A stretch of DNA of 64,000 nt from Chthoniobacterales bacterium (GTDB lineage: Bacteria > Verrucomicrobiota > Verrucomicrobiia > Chthoniobacterales > Chthoniobacteraceae): assembly GCA_038207335.1 (NCBI GenBank), contig JBBQZX010000008.1:32001-96000 (forward strand), in the 5' to 3' direction. This document shows positions 39,186-49,721 of this stretch, piece after piece. The translations under genes were made by a program, and so were the position numbers. How positions within the stretch are numbered: position 1 is the first letter of the stretch; each line of letters starts with the position of its first letter. A model generated the notes under the pieces. It saw only the letters and a list, made by a program, of their open reading frames with translations, did not search any database and was not told the DNA's origin.

Positions 39186-42100
39186 TCATCGCGGGGCGCT
39201 CCGTCCGAGGTCTTCGTAATACTTTCGCACCTGCTCCGCGAACCGCGCTGGCACAGGATCGCGGTCGATCGGGACCAGCGATTCCTTCGAGTCGCGACGC
39301 GCGAGTTCCTCCGACACGCGGTTGCGCAATTCCGCGAGTGGCAAGCTGATCTTCGAACGCACTTCATCCCACGCAGGTTGCGCGGCATTCTTCTTCGACT
39401 CTGCACGAATTCCCCGCGCGGCTTCGCGCACCTGCGCCGCTTCGTTTCGCAGCGCAGGTTGATCGAGCATCTCCTCGACATTCCGCAGGCGGTCAGACCA
39501 CTCCACAAATCCTCCGCCCGCCAGCGGTCCGTACTCGGTGCCCCCAGCACCGCCGTTACCACTTCCTACACGGTTATTTGAGGTCAATTGCCGCAGCCCC
39601 TCACCCGGACGCTGCGGGTCACCGGCCTCGCCGCCCGGCGCAGACCCTTTGCCATTTTGGCCTTTCGACGATGCGCCCTCTCCGCCTTGCGGCTTGCCTT
39701 CTCCCTTCCCGTCACCCGTTTTGCCCGACCCCCTCTTCTCTCCGCCTTCCGTCCCGCTTCCATTTTCACTCTGTGCCTGCGCGGTCGATTCGCCTTTTCC
39801 CGACCCATTCGGCGTCTCAGCCGACTGTGCGGAGTCCTCCCTTGGCTTCAGACCCGGCCCACCCCCCTCTTTCGGCTCCGCAGAATCTTTGCCCTGTGCG
39901 GCAACCGGCTTGCCAGCTTGATCTCCGGACGATGTCTTTTTGAACGCCTCCGCGGAATCCTGAGTATTTGCGCCCGCACCACCAGCGGCAGCGGCGTCAT
40001 TCTGCGCGAGCTTTGGCTCTGCCTTGGCGATTTCACGGTTGAGCTGTTCGCTCAGCGCGTCGATTTCCGCACGCGCAGTCCGCAGCGCCTCCGCTTCATT
40101 CCCAAGCACGCTCTCCGCAGCGCGCTCCACGCCACTCTTCACCTCTTCGATTTCTTCCCGCGCTTTCGATTCGAATTTCCGCGCGTGCTCGCCGAATCCG
40201 TTCGTCGCGAGCTGTCCCGCGCGCTTGAGCGTCTCATCCGTCCCCTGCTGCGCGTTCTTTCGAAGCGTGTCGTAGAGCTCTTTTGAAAGCAGCGGCTCGA
40301 CTGCTTCCGCCTGCTCCGACACGCGCTTCATCGCCTCACGCAACTGCCCGAGCTTCTCCTGCTGCGACTCGAAATCTTTTGCAAGCTGCTGAGCTCCGCT
40401 GCCATCGAGCGTGCGCCTCGCCGTCTTCTGCGCGTCTTCCGCGAGTTGCTTTGAAATCGCCTCCTGCCGCGCCGCGAGTTCGCGCGCATCGGTGCGCATC
40501 TCGCGCATTTCATCCGAAAATTGTCCCGCGCTCTTCTTCCGAAAGTCGTCCCGCAACTGCTGCAGTTCGCGCCCCGTTCGCGTGCCCGACGCAAGCGCCT
40601 CCGGCACCGCACCGCGCTCCATCGCCTCCGCCGCGCGCTGAGCCTGATCGCGAGTTTGCTCGAGCTGCTTGCGCTCTTGGGCGAGTGCCGCGGCATTTTC
40701 CGGCTGCTGCATTTTTTGCTGCGTTGCATCCGCCTCCGACACGAGCTGCTGCTCCTCCTCGCGCAGCCGCTTGAGCCGCCGCCGAATCTCCTCCTTCTGC
40801 GCCTCGTCCTTTGCCTCTTGCAGAGCGGTCTGCAGTTCCTTCAGCCGCTCATTGATGTCCTGCTGCCGCTGCGCCAGCTCCTTCAACCGATTGAGAATCG
40901 CGAGTTGTGCGGTCTGCTGTGCATTCTGCTGCGGAGCCGCTTCCTTCCTTGTTTCGTAGCGCTTTTCCTCAGCTTTCAAATCGAGCTGCTCGAGCTCCTG
41001 CTGCCGATTCTGGCTGCTGCTCGGCTTCCCGTTGCTCTTGCTTTTCGAGACCTGAAATTCATGAGACGCGAGTTTCAAGAGCGCGCTGTAAGCCGACTGC
41101 TCCGCGGTGAGCGCGGCAGGCAGCGGCTCGGTGGAATTTGCGGCCTCGCCGAGCCGCTTCCCAGCCTCCTGCATTGCGTCGATCGCGGTCTCCAGAAATG
41201 CCCTGGCACGAGGCTGATCGATCTTTTCGCGCATCGCCTCCGCCATCTCCACGACGTGCTTTTGCGAGTCGCGGATGACGGGCTCGTCGGTCGCGTATTT
41301 TGGCGAAACGTGTCCGCCCTGCGTGCTCTCGCCGCGCTGAAGATTCCACGTCGCCGCAATGATTTGTTTCTGCAATTCCGCCAGCTTGCTCGTCTCCTCT
41401 CCCGAGCCCGCTTCGCCCTCACCGCCGCCTTCCTGGCCTGGCCGGTATACCTCTTCAAATGGGCGCACTTCCGCAAAGTACAGGTCGCTAGAGGTGCGGC
41501 GCACCGCACCATCCGGCCCAATGTCCTCCGCCCAGAGCGTCCATGAAATGAGGTCATCCGGCTTCACGCCGACTTCCTCCAGTTTCACCATCTGCCGTCC
41601 CTGCACTCGCTCGTCGGGCTTTGTGTCCTGAGTGAAAACCACCTCTTTAGACTCACTGTCGGCGACCGTGTAGCTCATGCCAAACCGCGGCATTCCAAAG
41701 TCGTCCCACGCCTCCGCGACGAATGAAATCTCCTGGAGCGCCGAGACGCGTTGATCCCCTTTCGGTTGGATAAATTTCAGTTCGGGACGGCGATTCGGGA
41801 GCGCCTCGATCGTGAATTGGTCGGGCACTTTGTTCGAGCGTCCATCGGCATCGACGAGCTTCAACTCGTATGTCGCGCTTGCCGCAATCGGCAGTTCGCG
41901 CAATGAAACCACGGCCTTGCCGGCTTCGACTGTGAGCGCGATCGGAGGCTGATTTTTCGCAACGAGTTGCGCCGCTTTCACGGGCTTGTTGAGCTGCATC
42001 GTGAAACTCAGCTTCGTCCCTTCCACTGCGCTCACACGGCGCGTGTCAGCGATCTTTTTTTCGGGAAGCTGAGTGTAATTCGGAAAGTGAAGAACGGCGT

Positions 42101-42908
42101 CCGCGCGCTCCAACCTCGGATGTTCGAAGACGTGGACGTGGAATTCGCGCGTCGCTTCGCTCGCGTATTCGACATGGTAGCTGAGGTCGGCATCGACATT
42201 CGGCAGACCGCCGCCGAAGACCGGATCGTCGAGATTTTTTGCGAGCGGAACTCGCTCCGGCGCTTGATTTGCGCGCGTCACCACAAGCGTCGCTTCGGGT
42301 GGAGGATTACTCGCGAATTTCGCCAGAACGACGAACCCGTTGCCGCGCTCGAGCTCCGTGTCGCCGGGCGTGACGCTCACCGCTTTTCCACCCGGCACCA
42401 TAGCCGCCACGTCGGCGTTTCGACTGAGCGGGAGGTCGTGTAGCGCGACGATCATCGCGAGGAAAAGCAGCGCATTTGCGATGACGGCCGCACCCAGCAC
42501 CCACTGCGGGATCGCATCCACCCACGGGCGTTCGCGACTCGCACGGATGGCCTCGGTAACCACACGTTGCTGGAGGAAACTCAGTTCGCCGCCCGATCGC
42601 CGGGGGCGCTGCTCGACCGCAGTGACGAGCAGCGCGTGGAGGTCGGGTTGCCGCTCCTCGATCGTGCGCGCAATGCTGTGATAATTGGGCTTCCACGCCG
42701 CCGCGCGCCGCCAGACAAGCCACGAAATAATCGCGGCAATGAGCCCGAGGATGAGCGGAGCAAACGGAATCTCGAGTTTGGCCACCACGATCACGCGCGC
42801 GGCGATCAGGATCGCCATCCAGCAGAGCGCGAGTCCGCGCCAGCGGCGGAGGCTGCGATGCCGCTCTGCGACTGGATTCAGCGCGGTCTGGAGAAGTGAG
42901 GCGATCAT
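39186..42908 (-). CDS. DUF4175-like membrane-anchored Ig + coiled-coil protein
   Basis: TM helices, AWDDFG, YFAEVRPFE, long coiled coil, G/S/E-rich linker, C-terminal DPVPARFAEQVRKYYEDL. Confidence 0.75.
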   Translation of the reverse strand: MIASLLQTALNPVAERHRSLRRWRGLALCWMAILIAARVIVVAKLEIPFAPLILGLIAAIISWLVWRRAAAWKPNYHSIARTIEERQPDLHALLVTAVEQRPRRSGGELSFLQQRVVTEAIRASRERPWVDAIPQWVLGAAVIANALLFLAMIVALHDLPLSRNADVAAMVPGGKAVSVTPGDTELERGNGFVVLAKFASNPPPEATLVVTRANQAPERVPLAKNLDDPVFGGGLPNVDADLSYHVEYASEATREFHVHVFEHPRLERADAVLHFPNYTQLPEKKIADTRRVSAVEGTKLSFTMQLNKPVKAAQLVAKNQPPIALTVEAGKAVVSLRELPIAASATYELKLVDADGRSNKVPDQFTIEALPNRRPELKFIQPKGDQRVSALQEISFVAEAWDDFGMPRFGMSYTVADSESKEVVFTQDTKPDERVQGRQMVKLEEVGVKPDDLISWTLWAEDIGPDGAVRRTSSDLYFAEVRPFEEVYRPGQEGGGEGEAGSGEETSKLAELQKQIIAATWNLQRGESTQGGHVSPKYATDEPVIRDSQKHVVEMAEAMREKIDQPRARAFLETAIDAMQEAGKRLGEAANSTEPLPAALTAEQSAYSALLKLASHEFQVSKSKSNGKPSSSQNRQQELEQLDLKAEEKRYETRKEAAPQQNAQQTAQLAILNRLKELAQRQQDINERLKELQTALQEAKDEAQKEEIRRRLKRLREEEQQLVSEADATQQKMQQPENAAALAQERKQLEQTRDQAQRAAEAMERGAVPEALASGTRTGRELQQLRDDFRKKSAGQFSDEMREMRTDARELAARQEAISKQLAEDAQKTARRTLDGSGAQQLAKDFESQQEKLGQLREAMKRVSEQAEAVEPLLSKELYDTLRKNAQQGTDETLKRAGQLATNGFGEHARKFESKAREEIEEVKSGVERAAESVLGNEAEALRTARAEIDALSEQLNREIAKAEPKLAQNDAAAAGGAGANTQDSAEAFKKTSSGDQAGKPVAAQGKDSAEPKEGGGPGLKPREDSAQSAETPNGSGKGESTAQAQSENGSGTEGGEKRGSGKTGDGKGEGKPQGGEGASSKGQNGKGSAPGGEAGDPQRPGEGLRQLTSNNRVGSGNGGAGGTEYGPLAGGGFVEWSDRLRNVEEMLDQPALRNEAAQVREAARGIRAESKKNAAQPAWDEVRSKISLPLAELRNRVSEELARRDSKESLVPIDRDPVPARFAEQVRKYYEDLGRSAPR

Positions 42909-44971
42909 GGCTGTGGCTCGGGCACCGGGGTGGCGGAGGAGAGTTTTGCGGCGAGCAATGTTTCGGCCAGCAAAACCCCGAGCGCAAAGACGATCAACCA
43001 GCGCCACAATTTCTGGCGGCTCTCCTGCTCGCCGGCACGCGCTCGCATTTGCTCGCGCGGGGTCGGCGGCGGCGCGGCTGCGGAGTGCAACGGAACACCG
43101 AGGCTGGCGAGACGTGAAGGCTCCATCGGAGCAGTTTTGCCTTCTTCTGGGTCGCTATTCACGACGAAGCGCTCGTTTTCCGGCGTGATGAGATAGACGC
43201 CCGGCTCATCCGTTCCAGTGAATTTCGCGCCGCTCGCGACTTCGGTTTCTTTGCCGTGCGGTCTGCGAACCTTGTGAGGAAGAGGGCTGGCCGACATCGC
43301 CACATCGTCACCGACGAAATACTGCGCCGGACGTGGCTGCGCGTCGCTGCTGAGATCGAGAAGCGCATAGAGGAGCGGAACGAACTTCGACGAGAGCGCG
43401 AGCTGGCTGTCGGCGGGCCTCCAACTGCTCGTGAAGACGACAACGCTGCCTTTACCGATCGGCACCTGGACCACTGCCGCGTCGCCCGTATCGAAGTGCG
43501 CGAGGATCTTCGCACCGGGAATCTTCGCGGTGTCGAGCTGGCGGTAATTCCAGAAGTGAATCTTCGTGAAATCACTAAACCGCGGATCGGCAAACGCCGC
43601 GAAAATCGGGTGAGCGAAATCGATCTGCGAGAGCATCGCATAGTCTTTCGACGCAGCCTCGGCGGCGGAGAGCGCGGGAGACTCGAGAAGCCTGGAAAGC
43701 GCTTGCTCGCTTGATTCCGAGGTCATGGGCAGCAGGACTATCTTTCCCCCGAGAGCAAACTTTCGCGCCGCCGCGATGGCTGGCTCGCTTGTTTCATCGC
43801 CGATTACGAGGAGCTGCGCACCGCGGAGTTCCATCTCGGACGGCGGCTGGCCATCCGAGTGCGCGATGAGTTCGACACGCTGACGCCGCGTGTCCTGAAA
43901 AGCGCGCGCCAGATAGTAGAGCGACTGTTTCGGGTTTTCCGCAGTTTCGTTGCCGAGAAAAAGCACGGGGATGTGTGTGGGCTTGGGCGTCACGACGTAG
44001 AGCCGCTCGAACATCGCACCCTCACCGATCAGATCGATTTCACCGGTCGCTGCCGCGAGGTCGCTGGGCTTGGGCGCGTGGACGATCCGCGATTGCCCGG
44101 GTGGGACTTGAAGTTGGATTCCCGCCTCTCCCGCCCACTGCAACGTGAATCGGTCTGAGGTGGAATCGGCTAAATTGATCACACGGAGCCGGGATTCGGA
44201 ATCGGCGGTCGTCGGCTCGCTCGCATCCGCATCGGTGAGCCATTGGATGCTCGCGCCACCGCTCCGTTTCGCGCGCACCGGCGCGAGCGTTACTTCGATT
44301 CCACGAGGCCAGTTGAAGCCCTGCAAGCTGCCGAGTCGCGAGCCTTCTTGAAGGTCGCTGACGAGAATGATTTCACGACTTTTGGGTTGCTCGGAGTGTT
44401 GCCCGTCGAGGAGAGCGGCTGCGTTCTCGAGGGCGTGTCCGAGTTCCGTGGAGGCCCACGTCGGCCGCGTGGTCTTAAGACGCGAAGCAGCGGCTGAATC
44501 TCGCACGCCCGGCGGAATCTGCCGCCATTCCTCGAAACTGAGGAGAGTGCGGGAGGTGCGATCGAAGGCAATGAGCGCGAGCTCGTCGCCCGACGCGGCG
44601 TGAGCGAAAACGTCGTCCACTTTCGCCTGCGCCTGCTGCCACAAATCCTCGCGCGTCATGCTTGCGCTCGTGTCGATCAGGACGACCGCGCGTTTTCCAG
44701 CCGGCTGCAAAGGCTGTGTGGAGGCTGATTCGCGCTGGATGAGCGGACGCGCAAAACCGAGCGCGAGCAACACGATCGCGAGACAACGCAGCAGGAGAAG
44801 CCAGATATTCTCGAGCCGACTGCGGCGCGTGACGCGCGGCGGCGTCGCTTTCAAAAACATGAGGGAGCTGAACAGCGTCACCTCGCGGCTCGTGCGGCGG
44901 ATGAGGTGAAACGCGACCGGGAGCCCAATCGCGAGCGCGCCGAGGAGGAAGAGCGGTGCGAGGAAAAGCAT
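42905..44971 (-). CDS. BatA N-terminal + VWA domain protein
   Basis: FLAPLFL...LPVAFHLI...FSSLMFL...LLLRCLA...ARP; DTSASM; SDLQ. Confidence 0.88.
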   Translation of the reverse strand: MLFLAPLFLLGALAIGLPVAFHLIRRTSREVTLFSSLMFLKATPPRVTRRSRLENIWLLLLRCLAIVLLALGFARPLIQRESASTQPLQPAGKRAVVLIDTSASMTREDLWQQAQAKVDDVFAHAASGDELALIAFDRTSRTLLSFEEWRQIPPGVRDSAAASRLKTTRPTWASTELGHALENAAALLDGQHSEQPKSREIILVSDLQEGSRLGSLQGFNWPRGIEVTLAPVRAKRSGGASIQWLTDADASEPTTADSESRLRVINLADSTSDRFTLQWAGEAGIQLQVPPGQSRIVHAPKPSDLAAATGEIDLIGEGAMFERLYVVTPKPTHIPVLFLGNETAENPKQSLYYLARAFQDTRRQRVELIAHSDGQPPSEMELRGAQLLVIGDETSEPAIAAARKFALGGKIVLLPMTSESSEQALSRLLESPALSAAEAASKDYAMLSQIDFAHPIFAAFADPRFSDFTKIHFWNYRQLDTAKIPGAKILAHFDTGDAAVVQVPIGKGSVVVFTSSWRPADSQLALSSKFVPLLYALLDLSSDAQPRPAQYFVGDDVAMSASPLPHKVRRPHGKETEVASGAKFTGTDEPGVYLITPENERFVVNSDPEEGKTAPMEPSRLASLGVPLHSAAAPPPTPREQMRARAGEQESRQKLWRWLIVFALGVLLAETLLAAKLSSATPVPEPQP

Positions 44972-45006
44972 CGGCTAGCTCCGTGTCGGTCGCGCGTGAA
45001 GAGAAC

Positions 45007-45927
45007 TCATGCGCGCTGGTGGCGGCGGATGATCTTCTTGCCGCGCTGGGTGCGGGACTTCAGAAAATCGAAGAGCGCGAGTTCGAGAGGTCTGTCTGTG
45101 CCAACCCGGTGCAGACTGATGCCAAGGCGCTCGCAGGTCGAGCGGACGGCGGCGACATGGGCATCGAAAAGCCGCGCGTAATCAGCGCGCGCTGCCGATG
45201 GATCGAGGTAGAGATCGCGGCCGGTTTCGGCATCACGAAAGCGCGAAGATTTCTCGAAATCGAACCGCGCCTCCGCGGGATCGAGGAGGTGAAAAAGCAG
45301 CACCTCATGGCCGGCGGCGGTGAGGAGCGAAAGGCTGGAGTCCAACGTTTCAATCGGCGCGAGGAGATCGGAGATGAGGACGATGAGGCCACGTTTGCGC
45401 ATCAGCTCTGCCATGCGTTTCAGCGGCGCGGAGAGATCGGTCGCAGCGCCGGATGTTTCCTTTTCCAGCGCGAGCATGAGATGCCGCAGATGGCCGGGGC
45501 GATGCCGCGCGGGGAGATATTCGCGAACGGTTTCGTCGAAGGTGAGGAGGCCGACGGCGTCGCCCTGCTGATGCAGGAAATGCGCGAATGTGGCGGCGAG
45601 CGTGTTGGCGTATTTCGCCTTTGAGTAGCCGCGCGAGCCGAAGCTCATCGAGCGGCTGTTATCGACGAGGAGATGGCAGCGGAGGTTCGTTTCGTCCTCG
45701 AATTTCTTGATGAAATAGCGGTCGGTGCGCGCGACGAGACGCCAGTCGAGATGCCGCGGATCGTCGCCGGGCGTGTAGGCACGATACTCGGTGAACTCGA
45801 CGGAAAAGCCGTGATACGGGCTGCGATGCTGGCCGTGCCAAAAGCCCTCCACGACAGTGCGTGCGCGCAATTCGAGATTGCGAATGCTCATGAGCGCCTG
45901 CGAATCGAGGAGAGTCGCCGAGGTCAT
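45007..45927 (-). CDS. DUF58 (VWA-like) protein
   Basis: GQHRSPYHGFSVEFTEYRAYTPGDDPRHLDW, FEDETN, DNSRSM. Confidence 0.92.
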   Translation of the reverse strand: MTSATLLDSQALMSIRNLELRARTVVEGFWHGQHRSPYHGFSVEFTEYRAYTPGDDPRHLDWRLVARTDRYFIKKFEDETNLRCHLLVDNSRSMSFGSRGYSKAKYANTLAATFAHFLHQQGDAVGLLTFDETVREYLPARHRPGHLRHLMLALEKETSGAATDLSAPLKRMAELMRKRGLIVLISDLLAPIETLDSSLSLLTAAGHEVLLFHLLDPAEARFDFEKSSRFRDAETGRDLYLDPSAARADYARLFDAHVAAVRSTCERLGISLHRVGTDRPLELALFDFLKSRTQRGKKIIRRHQRA

Positions 45928-45939
45928 TTCATCCGACGC

Positions 45940-46938
45940 TTACTTCACCTCCGCGAGCAGACGGGCGATGACTTTCTCAACGCTCACGGCATCGGCCTCG
46001 GCGCGATAATTCACCAAAATACGATGCCGTAAAACCGGCGATGCGAGCGCGACGATGTCCTCGCGGGTGACGTGTGCGCGGCCGTGGAGCAGCGCGCGGG
46101 TTTTCGCGCCGAGTGTGAGAAATTGCGCGGCGCGCGTGCCTGCGCCCCAGCTCACCCATTCGTTGATAAAGTCGGGCGTCCCGGGCTGGCGCGGGCGCGA
46201 CGCTGCGGCGATGCGCACCGCGTAGCGGACGAGTTCTTCGGCGATCGGCACTTTTCTCACGATGTCGTGAAAGCGAAGCACGTCTTCGCCGGTGAAAATC
46301 GCCTCGATTGGCTCGCTATCTCCCGCAGTCGTGCGCGTGACCACGGCGACCTCGTCGTCCTCGGGCAGGTAGTCGATCACGACGTTGAACATTAACCGGT
46401 CGAGCTGCGCCTCGGGCAACGGATAGGTGCCTTCCATCTCGATCGGATTCTGCGTCGCCAGCACGAAGAACGGCTCGGGCAGCGCGTATCTTTTTCCCGA
46501 CGCGGTGACCTGGTGCTCACCCATCGCCTCGAGCAGCGCCGCCTGCGTCTTTGGCGGAGTGCGGTTGATCTCATCGGCGAGAATCATGTGGCCGAAGATC
46601 GGCCCGGGTACGAAGACGAGCGCCCGCCCGTCGCCCGTCTCCTGCAGGATTTCGACGCCCGTGATGTCCGTCGGCATGAGGTCGGGCGTGAATTGAATGC
46701 GACGAAAATCGAGGTGGAAAATGCGCGCGATCGACTTAACGAGCAGCGTCTTCGCGAGGCCCGGCGCGCCGGTGATGAGGCAGTGCCCGCCGGCGAAAAG
46801 CGCAATGAGAAGCTGCTCGATCACGGCCTGCTGGCCGACGATCACCTTGCCGAGTTCCGCTGCGATCCGGGGCCGCGCGCGCTCGAGCATTTGCACCGTT
46901 TCGTGGTCGCTATTCGGAGTCGGCTCGGAGTTGCTCAT
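45940..46938 (-). CDS. moxR: MoxR-family AAA+ ATPase
   Basis: GAPGLAKT, RIQFTPDLMP, LADEINRTPPKTQAALLEAM, ATQNPIE. Confidence 0.95.
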   Translation of the reverse strand: MSNSEPTPNSDHETVQMLERARPRIAAELGKVIVGQQAVIEQLLIALFAGGHCLITGAPGLAKTLLVKSIARIFHLDFRRIQFTPDLMPTDITGVEILQETGDGRALVFVPGPIFGHMILADEINRTPPKTQAALLEAMGEHQVTASGKRYALPEPFFVLATQNPIEMEGTYPLPEAQLDRLMFNVVIDYLPEDDEVAVVTRTTAGDSEPIEAIFTGEDVLRFHDIVRKVPIAEELVRYAVRIAAASRPRQPGTPDFINEWVSWGAGTRAAQFLTLGAKTRALLHGRAHVTREDIVALASPVLRHRILVNYRAEADAVSVEKVIARLLAEVK

Positions 46939-47007
46939 CGGGGGTGGAAGAGAGCCCCTTTTCGCGAAGAGCGCGAGCGGGAATCGGATGCTGCAAGATC
47001 CGGCATT

Positions 47008-49545
47008 TCAAAACAGCGTCATCTGCGGCTTCATAGTGGCGCGGGCCTTTTCGAGTTTTCTTTTGCCGCGGGGTCTGCCGTGCGTGGGTGGCGGCGGGGC
47101 TTCGGCGAGGGCGGGTTTTCCCTCGGCGTTTAGCTCTGATTGCTCAAGGTTCGAGAGGATTTCCTTTGCGCGTTTGATGATCGTGGGTGGCAGGCCGGCG
47201 AGGCGCGCGACTTGGATGCCGTAGCTTTTGTCCGCACCACCGCGGACGATTTTTCGGAGGAAGATGATCTGGTCGTTCCATTCGCGGACGGCGACGTTGT
47301 AATTTCTCACGCCGCCGCGCGTCATTTCGAGCTCGGTGAGTTCGTGGTAGTGCGTGGCGAAAAGCGTGCGGGCGCGCACTTCATCGTGGAGAAACTCGGC
47401 GACGCTCCACGCGATCGAGAGACCGTCGAATGTCGAGGTGCCGCGCCCGATTTCGTCCAAAATGATGAGCGAACGCGCGGTCGCGTTGTTGGTGATATTC
47501 GCGGTTTCGTTCATCTCGACCATGAAGGTCGATTGGCCGCGCGAGAGGTCGTCATTTGCGCCGACCCTCGTAAATATGCGGTCTGCGAGGCCGATCTCGG
47601 CGCTGGCGGCGGGGAGCCATGAGCCGATTTGCGCCATTAGGACGAGGAGCGCGACCTGCCGGATATAGGTCGATTTTCCCGCCATGTTTGGCCCGGTGAG
47701 GATGAGCAGACGGTTGCGGTCGCCGTCGAGTTCGACGTCGTTCGGTACGAATTTTTCGTCGGCGAGGCATTGGTCGAGGACAGGGTGCCGGCCATCCGAG
47801 ACGCGGATTTTCAACTCCCCGCTCAGCGCGGGCCGGCAGTATCCGAAGAGGCGCGCGGTCTCGGCGAGCGAGCCGAGAACATCGAGCGCGGCGATGGCGG
47901 CAGCGGTTTGCTGGAGCGGCACGAGTTCGCGCAGGACGTCGTCGCGGAGCTGGTTGAAAAGTTCGATTTCGAGGGCTTTCCCTCGCTCGTCTGCGCCGAG
48001 GATTTTGCCTTCGACTTCCTTCAACTCGGGCGTGATGAAGCGCTCGCCGGTGGCCACGGTTTGCTTGCGATGCCACGTTGGCGGAACAGCGCCGAGATTG
48101 GATTTCGTGACCTCGATGAAGTACCCGAAAACCGAGGTGAAGCGGACTTTGAGCGACTTGATGCCGGTAGCCTCGATCTCGCGCTGCTGGAGTTGCGCGA
48201 TCCAGTCTTTGCCCTCGCGCGCGGCGTTGCGGAGCTCGTCGAGTGGGGCGTGGTAGCCATCGCGGAACATGCCGCCGTCGCGCGTGATGGCGGGCGGCTC
48301 GTCCACGATCGCGGTGGCGAGGAGGGAGACGAGGTCGGGGAGTTCGTGGAGTTCGGCGGCAATGCCGGCGGCGAGCGATTCGCTTTGCCCGATCGCGAAG
48401 GTGTCGGCGGCGAGCAACGCCGCGAGGTCGGCTTTGATCTGCGGGATTTGCTCCAGACTGGAGCGCAGGACGAGCAGGTCCCGCGCGTTGCCGCCGGTCT
48501 GCGTGAGGCGGCCGACGGTGCGCTCCATGTCCCGGATCGATTTCAGCGAGTCGCGGATTTTCCCGAGCAGGAACGGCTCGGCGAGCAGGTCGCCGATCAT
48601 TTGCTGGCGGGCATTCAGCGGTGACAGCTCGCAGAGCGGATGCAGGATCCAGTCGCGCAATTTCCGCGCGCCCATCGGCGTGACAGTGCGGTCGAGCGCG
48701 CCGAGCAGGGAGGTGTCGCGCCCGCCACCGCGCGCGGTGACGAGTTCGAGATTTGCCTGCGTCGTGGCGTCAAGCAACATGAACTGCGAGCTGCGATAAA
48801 CCGTGAGCCGCGCGATGTGGCCGAGTTCGCGGCGCAGCTCGTTTTTCAAATAATGCAGGATCGCGCCCGCCGCGCAGATGGCCGCGGGGACGTCGTCGCA
48901 GCCAAAGCCGTCGAGCGACTGCACTTTGAAATGCTCGCGCAAAGTGAAGGACGCCTGCTCGTGGAGAAACGTGTAGCCGTCGCGCGCGACGAGACCGCGG
49001 AGGTGGGAGAAAAGCGCGGCTTGCTCGTCGCTCACGAGCACCTCGGCAGGCTGGACGCGGGCGAGCTCGTCGGCGAGCGCGGCGTTGTCGGCGAGTTCGG
49101 TGAGGCGGAAATCGCCGGTGGTTAGATCGACGAATGCGAAGCCGAATGCGCCGTCGCGCCCGGCGGAAATGGAGGCGAGGAAATTGTTCCTTTTCGCATC
49201 GAGCATCTGCACGTCGGAGACGGTGCCGGGGCTCACGATTTGCGTGACCTCGCGCTGCACGATCTGGCCTTTTTGCGGCTCGCTGACTTGGTCGCAGATC
49301 GCCACGCGTCTCCCGGCTTTGATGAGCCGGCGGAGATATCCGTCAAGCGCGTGGTAAGGGATGCCACACATGGGGACCGTGTTTCGCTTGGTCAGCGCAA
49401 CATTCAGGATGGCGGAGGCGTCCTTCGCGTCGTCGAAGAACATCTCGTAGAAATCGCCGAGGCGGAAAAGCAGAAGGGTATCCGGCGGGAGGCTGCGCCG
49501 GATGCCCTGGTACTGGCGCATCATCGGGGTGAGTTCTTCGGGCAC
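47008..49545 (-). CDS. mutS: DNA mismatch repair protein MutS (GTG start inferred)
   Basis: TPMMRQY, GDFYEMF, GPNMAGKSTY, STFMVEM, DEIGRGTST, SYGIQVARLAG. Confidence 0.97.
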   Translation of the reverse strand: MPEELTPMMRQYQGIRRSLPPDTLLLFRLGDFYEMFFDDAKDASAILNVALTKRNTVPMCGIPYHALDGYLRRLIKAGRRVAICDQVSEPQKGQIVQREVTQIVSPGTVSDVQMLDAKRNNFLASISAGRDGAFGFAFVDLTTGDFRLTELADNAALADELARVQPAEVLVSDEQAALFSHLRGLVARDGYTFLHEQASFTLREHFKVQSLDGFGCDDVPAAICAAGAILHYLKNELRRELGHIARLTVYRSSQFMLLDATTQANLELVTARGGGRDTSLLGALDRTVTPMGARKLRDWILHPLCELSPLNARQQMIGDLLAEPFLLGKIRDSLKSIRDMERTVGRLTQTGGNARDLLVLRSSLEQIPQIKADLAALLAADTFAIGQSESLAAGIAAELHELPDLVSLLATAIVDEPPAITRDGGMFRDGYHAPLDELRNAAREGKDWIAQLQQREIEATGIKSLKVRFTSVFGYFIEVTKSNLGAVPPTWHRKQTVATGERFITPELKEVEGKILGADERGKALEIELFNQLRDDVLRELVPLQQTAAAIAALDVLGSLAETARLFGYCRPALSGELKIRVSDGRHPVLDQCLADEKFVPNDVELDGDRNRLLILTGPNMAGKSTYIRQVALLVLMAQIGSWLPAASAEIGLADRIFTRVGANDDLSRGQSTFMVEMNETANITNNATARSLIILDEIGRGTSTFDGLSIAWSVAEFLHDEVRARTLFATHYHELTELEMTRGGVRNYNVAVREWNDQIIFLRKIVRGGADKSYGIQVARLAGLPPTIIKRAKEILSNLEQSELNAEGKPALAEAPPPPTHGRPRGKRKLEKARATMKPQMTLF

Positions 49546-49552
49546 GGCGCGG

Positions 49553-49581
49553 ACGCTAGGGGCGGCGTGGCGGAGCTTCAA
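49553..49581 (-). promoter_or_regulatory. Putative mutS promoter TTGAAG-17-TAGCGT
   Basis: 7 nt upstream of the GTG; recurrent promoter architecture. Confidence 0.55.
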
Positions 49582-49721
49582 GCCCGACCGGGGGCGCCTC
49601 GTTGTTCAAGCATGCCGTTGCAGCCCGGGAATGCGTCGTTTCTCGTCGGTGAAAAAAATATTAGCTCCGAAGCAAAGGCGCGCTTGAGAATGGCTAGAAC
49701 GCTTCTACGTTCCGCCCGCCC

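Noticed and set aside
39560..40000. G/S/E/K-rich segment as a possible DNA repeat or insertion
   Set aside because: An in-frame low-complexity protein linker with no nucleotide-level tandem repeat.
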